Of a stretch of 64,000 nt of DNA, positions 1-12,100 are shown in pieces. Position numbers and translations under genes: made by a program. Location of the stretch: contig RHPI01002402.1 of the NCBI GenBank assembly GCA_009103225.1, positions 186,001 to 250,000 of the forward strand, read 5' to 3'. Each line of letters starts with the position of its first letter. Positions within the stretch are counted from its first letter, which is position 1. The notes under the pieces were generated by a model that did no database searches, had not been told where the DNA came from, and saw only the letters and a list, made by a program, of their open reading frames with translations. This DNA is from Chlorokybus atmophyticus. Taxonomy: Eukaryota; Plantae; Mesostigma and Chlorokybus algae.

Positions 1-59
1 TGCATGGGGTTGTCTGCTTGCTTAAGCTACCTTGCTGTACCAAGGTTAATTGCTTGGTT

Positions 60-312
60 GGTGTTGATTAATTGGCAAGGGCGACGGCCCAGCATTAGCG
101 CACTTAGTGAGCATTAATGAACGGGATGGGGTGGACAATAACGAAAACGACCAAGTGGTAGGGTCGCAGCAGTTACAAGCCTCTGCTTCCGCTTCTCAAC
201 GTACAAAGCATCCTTTCGGCACTCAAATAAACCCACTACAGTGCCAACTTGTCAGTTCTCCGTATAATCCGTGAAAAAGCATGCATGTGGTGTAACGGGA
301 GCAATAATAGTA
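60..312 (+). repeat. Diverged dispersed direct repeat, copy A (partner at about 2660-2925)
   Basis: Shares colinear blocks with copy B, e.g. CCAGCATTAGCGCACTT, GGGTCGCAGCAGTTACAAGCCTCT, GCTTCTCAAC, AAACCCA(C/T)TACAGT, TTCTCCGTA..TCCGTGA. Confidence 0.8.
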
Positions 313-1319
313 GGGCTATTATTGCTACTTAAATGACATATTCTGTGTAGATAAGTACATGTAAATGAATATTTATACCTCTTGTCTACGGTTCCTCGCT
401 TATCAAAGCTTATTACATTTTATTATAGCCTTAATAAGTGTCAATGGGTGTAGAGCCGCATATTTAAGCATATATAGGGTCGCATATCATACATGCGACC
501 CTATATATAGGCTTAAATGTGATCACTATAGCCAGATATTGCGATAGATACCTTATGATTAAATACCTTACCGTTGGATATCTGAGCTGCTATTGGCTCA
601 CGCTAAAATTCTGACGGCTACCCTATCTATAGGGATGACACCTGATTGCGAGTCCGATAACCAGACACATATATGTGATACATCCTTGATATATAAGGTC
701 TCATCAACTAATGAGACCTCAATTCAGTTCTCTGCCATCTGCAGCGTCATGCTGCCGGCGGCGTGACAGGCTTGTCATCGGCGGTGTGGGTATTGGGGTA
801 GAGGATTGAAGGGACGGCCGCCTTATATAGGCGCCGTGGTTGTTACATGTGATGTTGGCTTCTGCATGGTTCTGTGACCAACTGCTAACCGCTGTGCTGG
901 CTTCAGCTGCGCTGGCAGGAGATGTGCTTGCGCTGCTACAACACTGCATGTGACATGGATGCTGACATTGGTGGGAAAGCCTTTGTATAAGGTGCATTGC
1001 GCTGAATGCGATCATGGACCATCGTGGTCCGTTGAGTTGTGATCGCTTATGCATCCTGGCAAACAATGCGTGCAATCTGCAGCTTATTTGGTCCGACAAG
1101 AGGTGTTTACCACCCATGCATGCATTGGCTTGCTGCTGTCACAACCACCAATTCAGTGTGATGTCAACCACTCAGTGCCAGTCGATGCACCAATGAACAC
1201 TGCGGCACTATCGCTTATGCTAGGGACCGCGGCGACGTATAGTCCACCCGTAGCATCTAACCAGCACAGCCGTCTGCAGATGGCATGCACACTCCTGCGT
1301 GAGCATGCAGTATGCCCAT

Positions 1320-1520
1320 GAAAGGATGCGGCCACATATGCACACATGTGCAAGCGTAAGGCAATTGTGCATGCAGACAGGCCATGCACACCCTAAACCG
1401 AACATACAAGTGGCATACACATACACCAACAGTGTATAAGACCACTACATGCACATACACATGCATGCACACTTACAAGTGTGCAAGGCTATTGGATGCA
1501 CAAACACATGCATGCACATT
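1320..1520. repeat. Low-complexity (CA/ATGC)n tract
   Basis: Reiterated ATGCAC/ACAC/CATG motifs. Confidence 0.7.
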
Positions 1521-1690
1521 AAACAATACACAAGGGCCAGACCGGCTAGGCAGGGGTTATCTACAACAACAGGTAGTCAAGGAAGACCACTCACAACTCC
1601 ACCAGCAGTAGCAAGATGTGGGAGGCGCCTACTCTTCAGCGCAGGCGTCAACCTTAAGGTAAACCTCCAACCCTAACTAGAACACTTAGA

Positions 1691-1790
1691 AACGCCTCAC
1701 ACATGAGGGTAAGGAAGGCCCCTTGAACAGCTAAGCCAAGGACCCCATATACACAGCAAGTGAGCACCAAGCTAAGTCCAATTAAACCCC
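1691..1790 (+). repeat. Short dispersed repeat; inverted copy at about 5990-6100
   Basis: GCCCCTTGAACA(G/A)CTAA(G/A)C(C/T)A(A/G)G..ACCCCA core matches the reverse complement of about 6040-6075, with weaker similarity on both flanks. Confidence 0.6.
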
Positions 1791-2659
1791 CCAACACCAT
1801 GCTGGCCTAGCATGTTATATTCCTCCCTGTTGCCTTCCCACTTGGCCGCAGGTGAATTGAAAAGCCACCAACATCTTTTCGCCCACATTGTGCTGACACA
1901 TCAAATTCTTTTGGCCATACATCGGACCCTAAGAGGCAATAGCATATGCCACTGGCATATACCATGATGGTGTGACACATGTCACTTCAACCATGCTCAT
2001 CAATTGCTGCTGTATCACACACAATACACCAGTGTGACACATGTCTCATCAACCCCATTTGTCTCATCAGCAATCAGCTGATGGCATGTACACTGATCAA
2101 CTCCATACAAGCTCCTTATCAGTGCCTTGTACGTTTATTTTGCCCAAGGCTCAATACCACAAGGACTGAGTATATGAGCAAACCACTTAAGTACACCACA
2201 CCATCAAGCAGTTGAACTCCCGTACAATCATGATGTAGACATCGCACTGCTATGACAGCTGATAGCGATCGTGCCTTGCCTGTCAAGCGTGACACTTGCT
2301 ATGCGCTTTGCAATCTTTGCGGTCTGTGGGTGGTATTCACGTAGCATAGCTTTGCCCCCTCTTCCATGAGCTCACCACCCACTAATCTCCTCTGCGGTGG
2401 TTCAAGTATAATGCACACTTGTTGTGCAAGCGGATTTGCGCTCTTTGTCAGCTTCTGCATGATGATGTGACCGACTTCTAACTGCTGTTCTTGCAATTGA
2501 TTTGCTTGCAAACTACCAACTAATGTATGGGACGGCTATTTTTGGAATTTCCTGCAGCCCTTTGCACCACACAATCTACGCGGCTCTTACAAGCCCTACA
2601 GTAGGTCTGTGTGTCTGCTTGCGTTGATTTACGGTTATTAAATCGTTGGCTGGGCTTTT

Positions 2660-2925
2660 GCTCGCTGCATTGCAAAGGCAGGGGCCAGCATTAGCGCACT
2701 TTTTGAGCGCTAGGGTACGGGATGGAGGGGGTCACCTACGGTGGATTACGCCAAAGACGCTCAAGTGTTGGGGTCGCAGCAGTTACAAGCCTCTTCCTGT
2801 GCTTCTCAACGCGAGAAAAACGCAGCATACAAGCAGAGCGTCTTTTTGACGATCAAGCAAACCCATTACAGTATCAAATTGCCAATTCTCCGTAACATCC
2901 GTGACAAACGTCCATGTGATGTCCC
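2660..2925 (+). repeat. Diverged dispersed direct repeat, copy B (partner at about 60-312)
   Basis: Same colinear blocks as copy A, with indels and many substitutions. Confidence 0.8.
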
Positions 2926-5594
2926 TTAGGTGGCACTTGAAAATATGATGTTAGCTAAGCTATAGCATCACCTGCAATGATGCTTTTAAGCGGTTTAAAC
3001 AGCATGCACAGCGTTGTCAATGTTATACGGTGATTGACCACGGACTGAGGGATTGACGGGTGCCTGACCGTGCCTGAAATGTTGCATTTGGATTGTTGGG
3101 TCTGCCGTCGGCTATTGTGGACTGTTGTTGACGGCCAATCGACGGTCGACAGTACAAGCAACGATAGCCTGCGTGAAGTGGCAAGCATGTGATTTTGAAA
3201 TGACGGCCGACCGTTGATCGTAACCTGGCCGTCGCGGCGGCCTGCCTGTTGTGGCAAGCAGGTCGCCTTCTAGTGGCTTGTGGTGCCGGCCGACTGTCGG
3301 TCGTCACCTAACTATAGCAGGTCATGCGTGGCCGCGATCTTGTAGCGATAAGCAGGTGACCAGCAGTTCCTACTTGTCGCTGCGTATTGTCGGCAAATCG
3401 TGACTTTTATACGATGTATTTAATGCACCATTGTTATGGTACGATGCTATTATTGTGACGATGGCATAATCGTACCATTGTGCTGGTACGATTGTGCCAT
3501 CGTGTCGTCGGCAGCAATTCAAACGCTTTACGGCTTAATTTAAATTAACACGTGAGTGACTTGTGAGCGTTGTGCAGCGCTGCAGTTGCGGCGGAGGTGG
3601 CGGCGGCGGCAATGGCCAACAGTAGGTGAGCTTGCGGTATGTTATAACGTTGTGTTGTGCGCAACAGCGCAGGCAGCCTAACCACCCTTTGTACCATAGG
3701 GCGGCCAGGCCAGGCTAGGCGGCGGCGGCGGTGATACATGGCAAGCGACAGCATGTAGGTGTGTATGTTATTGTTGATTGCGCTTGTTTTATTGCCTTAA
3801 CCGCCTTTTGTGCTTTACAGAAGCGGCGGCGGACAAGGAACAGCGGCGGCGGAGCTGCCAGCTCAAGTGGCGGGCGGTGCAAGAGCGGCAGCTTACGATA
3901 AGGGTAGTAGTACTATAAGTAGTAGCTTTGTTGTACTAGCAGTAGTAGTGGTGATAGCTCAGTGGAGTTTACATTGTAGCATAGAAACTTTTATCAACAT
4001 TTTCAATTGGTTATTTATCACCATCTTGCACAGTTGACGACAATCATTGTATGATACATGATCATGACCAAGCGGTCACCGCTTGCTAGTACGGTACAAA
4101 CAGGTACCTTTGACGGTACACAATAATAATGGCCGATACATTGAAGGTACCATCAAGTACATGTCAGGCATAGTCAGTCAGTGTACGGTCGCCGGTACCT
4201 GATTATTATACTGATTTAGTTAGTTACTTGTCAGTTAGGTCAAGTCTCTTTTGCTTGACTGATGGGTATTTGACAGGTACCTGTCAATTGGGGTCAGACC
4301 CCATAAAGGCCGCCGACTGATGGTGACGGCCATTATGCTCAGATTCATGTATCGAGATTACCGGTGGACTAAGCCACAACAGTTCAAATGAGTATCCTCA
4401 GGTGCACGGCCGTTGCTAACATATAGTCGGCCGGTAGGGGAAACATTTTGCAACGAGATGGCAAATGCAGCAAGGGCTACCCCGCTGGAGATGGACATGG
4501 GGCACAGAGGTATACACAACTGGGGCATTTCACCAATTGAACATGTTCTTATGGGCCAGATGACAGCGGACGAGTGTTACCAGGTGGCTCGCTGTAACGG
4601 TTCCAGTAAGCACCGTTGAATACAAATACTGCAAACACACATTCTTGAGCTTCACCAAAAAGAAATAGTGCACGACATTCATGCCCTGCATAATTTAAAG
4701 CTTAAAAAGCTGTTGCAGTGCGTGCTCGTCAAATGCGATTACCTGTGGCGGGGAATGAGTATGTGTCTGTGCGTATGTTTCACTATCGTGACTAAGTATG
4801 CAGACTCCGCTTCCTGCAAGATCAAATGTGCGCGGGTCGTTTTCACATGGCTGACTTGCATAAGTACAGGACCTCTGTCGTATGCTCGATTTGCTATGGA
4901 AGTCTAAATCAGCCTCACGCTAGAGAAAGCCAAGGACATAGAAGGATCCCGAGCTCGGGTGAAGCGCATACCCGACCGCACGACACAGGGGTGCACTGTT
5001 GCTCGTGACTTGTGCACTTCCTTACCAAGCTGTGGATTTTTTTATGTTTGCACACTGCTCTGGTAGCTAAATAAGTGCGAGCCACCATCCCACAACCCTT
5101 GCAGCGAACTTCAAATTTGCAAAGACGCGCGGGTAATATGAAAATTTGACGCCACCTTGGAAAGTCCCGTGCAACCGTTCGTCACTGGCAACGACAACAT
5201 CAGACCAACAGCAAAATGAGTTCAAGTGTGCTTGCAGTACACATCCATAAGCTTGTGCACCCGATAATGCTACATGTCATGTTGTGTGATTATAGCATTG
5301 CTGATTTGCAAATCTTGCAGCCAGTGAAAGCAGATTTGTCCGTGTGTATGCCAGTAGTACGTAAAGGCATTGTCACGCCCATAGAGCAGGCAAAAGTCAT
5401 TCTCTGTCCTTTAATTATGTGGTAAGTAAGAAGAGACCAAGTGGGGACCCACACTACGCAAGCGTGTGTAGTGCTTGTGGGTGTGCTCTCATGTAGGTCT
5501 GCTCTAGAGCCTGTGCGGCCTTGAGCATGATGAACTACACAAGGCATGATGGCAATCACAAGGCTGATCATAGCCGATGAGACATCATGTGATG

Positions 5595-5785
5595 TACAGA
5601 GACATATGTGTGCATATGTCCGCATGTGTATGCATGTGTTTGCATATGTGTGCACATGTACGCATATGAGTGCATATGCGTGCATGAGAGGTATGTACTA
5701 GATGTATGCATGTATATGCATGCATGCGCATATGTGTGCATATGCGCGCATATGTATGCATAAGGATGCATATGTATGCATGAGT
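5595..5785. repeat. Low-complexity (TGCATA/TGTG)n tract
   Basis: Reiterated ATATGTGTGCATATG-like units. Confidence 0.75.
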
Positions 5786-5789
5786 ATGA

Positions 5790-5897
5790 TGTCCTAGGCT
5801 GATGTGACCAGCCTAGGGACGTTTACAATGTCCGAGGCTGATGTGTGATCAGTCTTGGGCGTTGAAAGAGGTCCAAGGGCTGATGTGGCAGCCCTAG
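5790..5897 (+). repeat. Three tandem about 40-bp units, each forming a stem-loop
   Basis: GTCC(T/G/A)AG(G)GCTGATGTG recurs at 5791, 5830 and 5871; each unit is followed by a complementary arm. Confidence 0.7.
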
Positions 5898-7779
5898 AAG
5901 TGAGTTGTGGTCAACGCAGCCATGACAAGGCATGTAGCCTTGGACTTGGATGTTCGAGGTCGGAGAGCAGCAAAGAGAGGGTATATGAACGGCCTCAACA
6001 TGTGTTGAGGCAGCTCAGCATGTGCATACTCGACTCTTGTGTGTGGGGTGCCTAGTTTAGTTGTTCAAGGGGCTCTCCCTCTCATCCCATGTGGGGTGTG
6101 ATGTCCGTGGCAGCTTTGCACATGTGTGTGAGGTGTGCTTGAGTGTGTGAGTGTGTGGGAGCTGAGTAGAAAGGTTGGTGTCATCCTCTCCTTCCTTGGT
6201 GCGGTGCTGTGACTTCCTCTGCAAGGTACTGCACCAGTGACGCTGCTAGGGCTTCCAGTAGTAAGTCCTTGTGCTTGTGCATAAGTTCGCCAAGCCGCCC
6301 AGCAAGTAAGTGAGTGGTATCGTTACAGGCATACAGGATTTTGCAAAAGCTCAGGAACTCAGTCGACACCATATAGGACTATTGTAGCCTTGGGTGCAAG
6401 CTGTAATGGCAAAAGTGTTGTCTACAGTCATTGATCGCATTACCCAACACTAACTGACAAAATTTCAAGACGGATTCTGTGGCTTAAGCTGCAGTGAACG
6501 AGCTAAAACGCCACTTCATACGTACAGAAGTAGGTAAGTGTGCAGGCACTTCTGTTGTTGTGTGCAAGGCGTTCTATTTGCAGCTCATACATGCAGAATT
6601 GCACACTAATACTTCGGCTCTCAAGTAACAGCTGGCAGGATTGTACTATGCCACACACGGTACAACTCCTAACATGACTTTGTGACTTCATCATTTAGCT
6701 TGGCTGTGCGTCTACCTCATTTGTACCTGACCATCAGATTGCACAAGACGCCACCAGCACTGCGCTTCATTGCAACAGCCTACAAAACCACTTTGCCAAT
6801 TGCTAGTGCCTGGTTGACGAGGTTTTACAATGCTTTGACTGACGTGGTTGGATGTCTTGTGGCAGGATGCTGTAGGCCTACCAGCAGCAAAAGTTAGTTG
6901 GATCATTAACGATTCAATGATGTTTGAAAGGCTGCAGCATCACATCAACACCACAAGGTCATGCAACGACAAGCTTAATCTCTCAAAAAAACTACACACT
7001 TTCGACTTCACCACACTCTACACCAAGCTACAGCACCAAGACCTCACCAACCGTATGTGCGGCATGGTGGACAAAGTGTTTGCCAAGGTGCACTCTCTTC
7101 ATAGAGCGACACACCTCCACATCAACGTCCTCGAGGGAGAAGTCAACCACAAATGGGTTTGTGGCATATAAGTCACTTACACAGACTACATGACATGCAA
7201 AAGTTTTTGTTGGCTAACTTGTTGGTGCAAACAAGTGCAGACAGCGTGTACAGGCAACAGATTGGAATTCCTATGGAAAATTTAGCAGGGGCTAACTAGG
7301 CCAATAACACGCTCCTTACATATGAGCTTGACCTTATAAAAAGATTGAAGACATACAATGACCCCCTGCTATTGCAATGCTATGCTTTGTGCATTCTGCG
7401 CTATGTGGATGATCTTTTTGTGGCTGGGGTGCCTGAGTTCCAGCAAGCATTGTACTTGTCACCATAGCGCTAGCAGAAGGGCATTTACCCACAGACAATG
7501 CTCACTATCGTACAATCTGCCACATGTGCTTCTGTGCCTTTCTTGGATTTATGTGTCTTTTAGACGAAGGATATAGGCCTTCGCAAAAAGGTGTACAACA
7601 AAAGATGTGACCCGGCCTATGTGGATATCCCCGTGCAAAGGGCACCTCACCCTCATTGCAACATTGCACGAACAACCAAACAGGGAGTGGTCGTGTCGCA
7701 GTGCATCGCTTCTACGCATTTGTACATACCGCTCCCATTTTCTATTAGAGATGGTGCTGTTGTGTGTGTGGGAAGGGGG

Positions 7780-7978
7780 NNNNNNNNNNNNNNNNNNNNN
7801 NNNNNNNNNNNNNNNNNNNNNNNNNNNNNNNNNNNNNNNNNNNNNNNNNNNNNNNNNNNNNNNNNNNNNNNNNNNNNNNNNNNNNNNNNNNNNNNNNNNN
7901 NNNNNNNNNNNNNNNNNNNNNNNNNNNNNNNNNNNNNNNNNNNNNNNNNNNNNNNNNNNNNNNNNNNNNNNNNNNNNN
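7780..7978. other. Assembly gap (199 N)
   Basis: Run of N inside the PLE remnant. A further single N lies at 60633. Confidence 1.
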
Positions 7979-9365
7979 AAGGATGGCTGCGGGGGCATGA
8001 TCCGAGAAGGCCATATTAAGAAGCAGTTGTTGTCAAGGTTCCAAGGGAAGCTGTGGAGTATGCCAGGCATGGCATACGACACGGAAAAAAAGCAGTTGTA
8101 CAACATGGTGTTACACATGTTGGAGAAGGCAGCAATGCTGACGAGCACATGGTGATGGAAGCGAGCCAACATTCCAACAAGCAGCACACAACAACGACAA
8201 CAGGTAAGAACAGGTAAGTGATAGGTAAGTGAGTGTGGGGAGCACATTCACACTGCCCGCATACATGTCGAGTCAATGCTCACTGCAATTCCTTATACAC
8301 AACGAAAATGCCCATTCGCAAGGCGCGTACTAACTACTACCATAATTACAGCCCGGTGTGAGTGACTGACGCGCAGGGGATAAGAGCGCGGGCAGCCGCT
8401 CAAACCCTCGGGGGTTTTAGCAGTCGCACACGTCGTCGTCGTCGTCTTGGGTGGCGGCGGCGTGGATGGCTAACTTCTCCCTTCTTCTCCCCCGCGGTGG
8501 TCTGCAGGTGCTTCCTTTACTGCTTGCTGCTACCCCTTCCCCCTTCCCTTTGCCCACACTCCTCCCCCGGTCGATAGCTAGTGCACTTAGCTATAGCCTA
8601 GTGGGGCCCCCCACCCCTTGTTTTTGCCTTGCTTGTGCTGTTTTATCAAGCTTTGCTTTGTTGTGCTGGCTTGCTTGACTGATTGGCCCCAATCCATCTG
8701 TTGTGTACTATACTCTTGCTGTGCTGCCTACGTGTGCTATCTACTTGCATTGCTCTATGTGCATATATACCAATCTATGCTACATGACATTGGCACAAAC
8801 TGCTTTATGCATATCCTGTACCAGATGAAACATTGACTGATGCTCATGGTGGCAACTAGACCATTGCAAGTAGTGTTTCGTCACACTGTGCGTGTCTACT
8901 CGGTAGCCTAGATATGCACAGTGCAAAACACTGTCACAACGGATCAATGGTGGTGATGCAGTGTCCGGCACATACAGGCGTTGGGTTTGTAACTTGTGCT
9001 GCTGCGAGTGGTTGTGTGCTAATACTTGACGGAATAGGCTTGATCACTTTATTTATGCTCAGTGATGAAAGGCGCCAACGTAACGACTAAAGGTGCGCAA
9101 TTGTTTAAGGGCATGGTGTGCTGGCAATTGACAATTTGATATGGCAGCAGCCAAGCAGCTAGTTGCAGTGTTGCATTAATGACGCCTGCAAGCAAACATG
9201 TAAACACCATCTGTGCAATAGCAAACCGAGACACCCAATCACAACAGGGACGAAAGAATGCAAGTTACCCAATGTAGGGACCTCTGTATGCAGACACAAC
9301 ACAGTTACCAGCATTTCTTTACAAGCGTCGTTGACAACCATCAGCGAGACTGCTGCAGCAATCCA

Positions 9366-12100
9366 TTACCGGAAACCACCTTCAGTCCACTCAGCATCTC
9401 CACCCCCATCGTTCCAAGTGTCCCAGTTGTCCTGCTTGCGAGTAGAAGGTGCAGCTGCTGCCTTGGCTGCAGGTTTGGGCGCGGGTGGCTTGTACTCATC
9501 TGCACCATCATCCCAACCAGCCCAGCCAGCATCACTTCTGCCAGCATTACTGGACACCTTTGCTGGCGGCTGCTCCCTTACTGGAGACCGAGCCGAGTTG
9601 CCCCACTCGCCACTACGGTTCTGAGGTTCCTCCCAGTCGTTGTCCCAGCCTCCTGCATGGCCATTGCGTTCAATGGGAGAGCTGTCACCTATGGCAGAGT
9701 ACTGCTGCTGGTCTCCGGACAGGCCACGAGGTAGGCCACCGCGTTCCCCCACAGCACTGTTGACCTGCTCAAGCCCCTTGGACACCAAAGAGGTTAAGCT
9801 TCGCCAACCTGCAGTGCCTAGCTCCTTCCCTTGAGCTGCGATGCCCATGACCCGTTGATCATACCCGCCCTCCTTCATCCGTTCCGACACAGTGCGCGTT
9901 CCCTCTCGAACGGCGGATGCCGCCACACCCGCAGCAGAAGACGCCACAACTGTCAACTTGCTTACGCCCTGCAGCGCGGCACAACCATCAGCAAAGACCT
10001 GGCATATATTTGACACAAACTGGCATGCTGTACCGTTTGCAGTAGTGCCCAAGGGTCATCCAGCTTTGCATTATTGTTCTGTGGCCGGGAAGCAGGGCCT
10101 GGATTCGAGCCAAAGCCGACATACTTCCCCCCTTGGCTGGGCGGCACGCCATCAGGCTTGCTGGCATTCTCGTTCATCTTGCGTGAAAAGAAGGCATCCT
10201 TGTTGTTGGCAGAATTCTGCAACTGCTCCCGGGAATAATTGCCACTGCCTTGGGAGGAAAGCCCAGCGGACGAGTGCGACCTATTGCCCATGTTGCTGCT
10301 GCCAGCAGTGTTGCGAGCCACATCAGAGTCGGAGTGACTGCTGCCGCCCCAGCCACCACCCCAATCATCATCATTAAAGCCTTTGCTTCGCTGGGACACC
10401 AACCCATTTGCTACTGGTGCGCGGCCTGCGCAACAAGATTTCCATCTCCTTTCAATGCAACATAAACGGCTGTGCTCTACATGTTGCAGCGAGGGCTGCT
10501 GCAGCAGTTGCTGCTCCTGGTGTCTACAAGGGGAAGTTCCGCGACATGCCTTGCACATACCAGGAGGTGAGGCGATGGAAGTGAGCTGTGGGCGAGGTAC
10601 AGACGAGGGCGGTGGGGGAGTGTAGTTGCGACCCTCAGCAGCAGCTGAGATCTTTTCGCGGAAAAAGCCAGCAGCTTGTGTGTTGTACTTTATCTGAGTG
10701 CAGCACTCGTAAGCGTAAGGTTCAAGGTCAAGCAACGAATGCAACTAGTGGCATGTAGCATGCAGAGTAATGTTCGCCATCAGTACAATAAGCACGACAC
10801 AATAATCCAGAAGCTACGCTGTACTCAGCAGTCATTGGCATGCAGGCACACAGTACGAAGTAGCATTGCGAGCAGATTGCAGCTTCAATTACAGACACAT
10901 GAGGTGAAGCACATGCAAATGCTCGGCTATGCTATGTGATCGCACAGCATGCTCGACTTGGTTTGGCTGGCATAACCCAGTACCTTGATCTCGGTCTCTT
11001 TTGGAACGCCATATGCATCCAAGAAGGCATTGAAGGCCTTGTTACCACCCAACTGCATCTTTTTCAGCTGCAACGGTGCCCAAGCGTCCATTGTAACACT
11101 ACGAACAAATGAAATGTGCACTCCCAACCCTCGGTGCTGCACACAAATGAGGCGCAGTCAGCTCCAAGTAACAAGGTAAGGGCAGTCATGCGTAACAGCA
11201 CTAGCAATCTTCATGCAAGATGCAAGGTCTTTTATTACAGTTGTAACAGAAAGCCCTTGCCGCCTGCAGCAGGTGAAATGTGTCACCAACCCTTAGTCCA
11301 AGTGCAGGAGTATGCGAGGACACTGGACACAGTACGTAACAGTTGTATTGTTCGAACCGACATTTTCTGACTGTTGTAGATTTGCTTGGATCAAAGCAGC
11401 ACACGCTGGGCAACTTTGGGAAGCTTATGCTAACCAACACGCTGCCAGCTTTGATGTACACTGCAACACTGCTAGCAGTGGAGTGGGATGGTGTCAGCAC
11501 TTCTGGCAGGTCAGCAAGAACTGGCCCAGCTTCCCCGCTCCAACAGACTCAACTGCTCGCATTCGAGACCTAACCTTCGGCCAGGCAGGACGTCAATACC
11601 CATGGCGACCTCTGCTCGACTCCACAGCTAGCGGCCAAGCGACTGTGTGTACCGGGTAGTATGCGTGTTGCTTGGCGAGCAACTCGGGCCGATCAAGTGA
11701 ATGACTTGACGTGAAGGCATCGGTTACATACTGTGGTGTCAGCAAGATACCACAAATGAGCTGCGCTAAGGGTTGAAGCTGCTATTACACCAAAAAGGCT
11801 CGTTCAGGCCCATGAACAGACTGAAGCTGCGCTTTTGCAAACAAAGTTGAAACAAGGGCAAATTGTCTGCATTGCAGCTGTAATGGAAGTGTTACCCAAC
11901 AAATCAAGCAGTGATTGGAGTGCTACCGCTTGATGCCGCAACTCAAAGGGTATCACCTGGCCAGAGCACTCCAAGCACATAAAGATGCCGTAAGACACGG
12001 ACGCCCATTGCGGGTTCTTGGTGGAACAGTCCACGCAGACGCGGTTGTCTGCCGCGGCCTGCAGCTCCCTGAGCACAGCTGCGGCGGCGGGGGACGCCAT
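9366..12100 (-). CDS. ARFGAP1: ADP-ribosylation factor GTPase-activating protein (ArfGAP1/AGD6-AGD7 type), multi-exon
   Basis: Exon 1 (12100-11957) [48 protein letters not shown]; exon 2 [22 protein letters not shown]; then [15 protein letters not shown]-x2-C-x16-C-x2-C zinc finger. Acidic Trp/Gly-rich C-terminus ending at 9366. Confidence 0.93.

Larger units (their letters stand above)
4400..8250 (+). mobile_element. Decayed Penelope-like retroelement (Naiad/Chlamys-type RT), interrupted, with frameshifts and stops
   Basis: Upstream PLE-like motifs RPLLTYSRPVGETFCN (about 4405-4455) and HDIHALHNLKLKKLL (about 4670-4715). RT region: ELKRHFIRTEVGKCAGTSVVVCKAFY..EL (about 6500-6605), LPHLYLTIRLHKTPPALRFIAT (about 6712), TFDFTTLYTKLQHQDL (about 6998), RQQIGIPM (about 7252), LRYVDDLF (about 7405), PFLDL (about 7540), YNKR (about 7594). 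No endonuclease domain recognised. Confidence 0.75.

Noticed and set aside
690-2075. (C/T)TGATGAGAC motifs on the minus strand (about 698, 2043, 2062) as PLE hammerhead ribozymes
   Set aside because: No stem II followed by GAAA and no stem III/cleavage triplet could be built.
5790-5897. CRISPR-like repeat array
   Set aside because: Only three degenerate units, no unique spacers of constant length, no cas genes, eukaryotic context.
7591-8247. Long ORFs spanning the N run
   Set aside because: They are open only because of the assembly gap.
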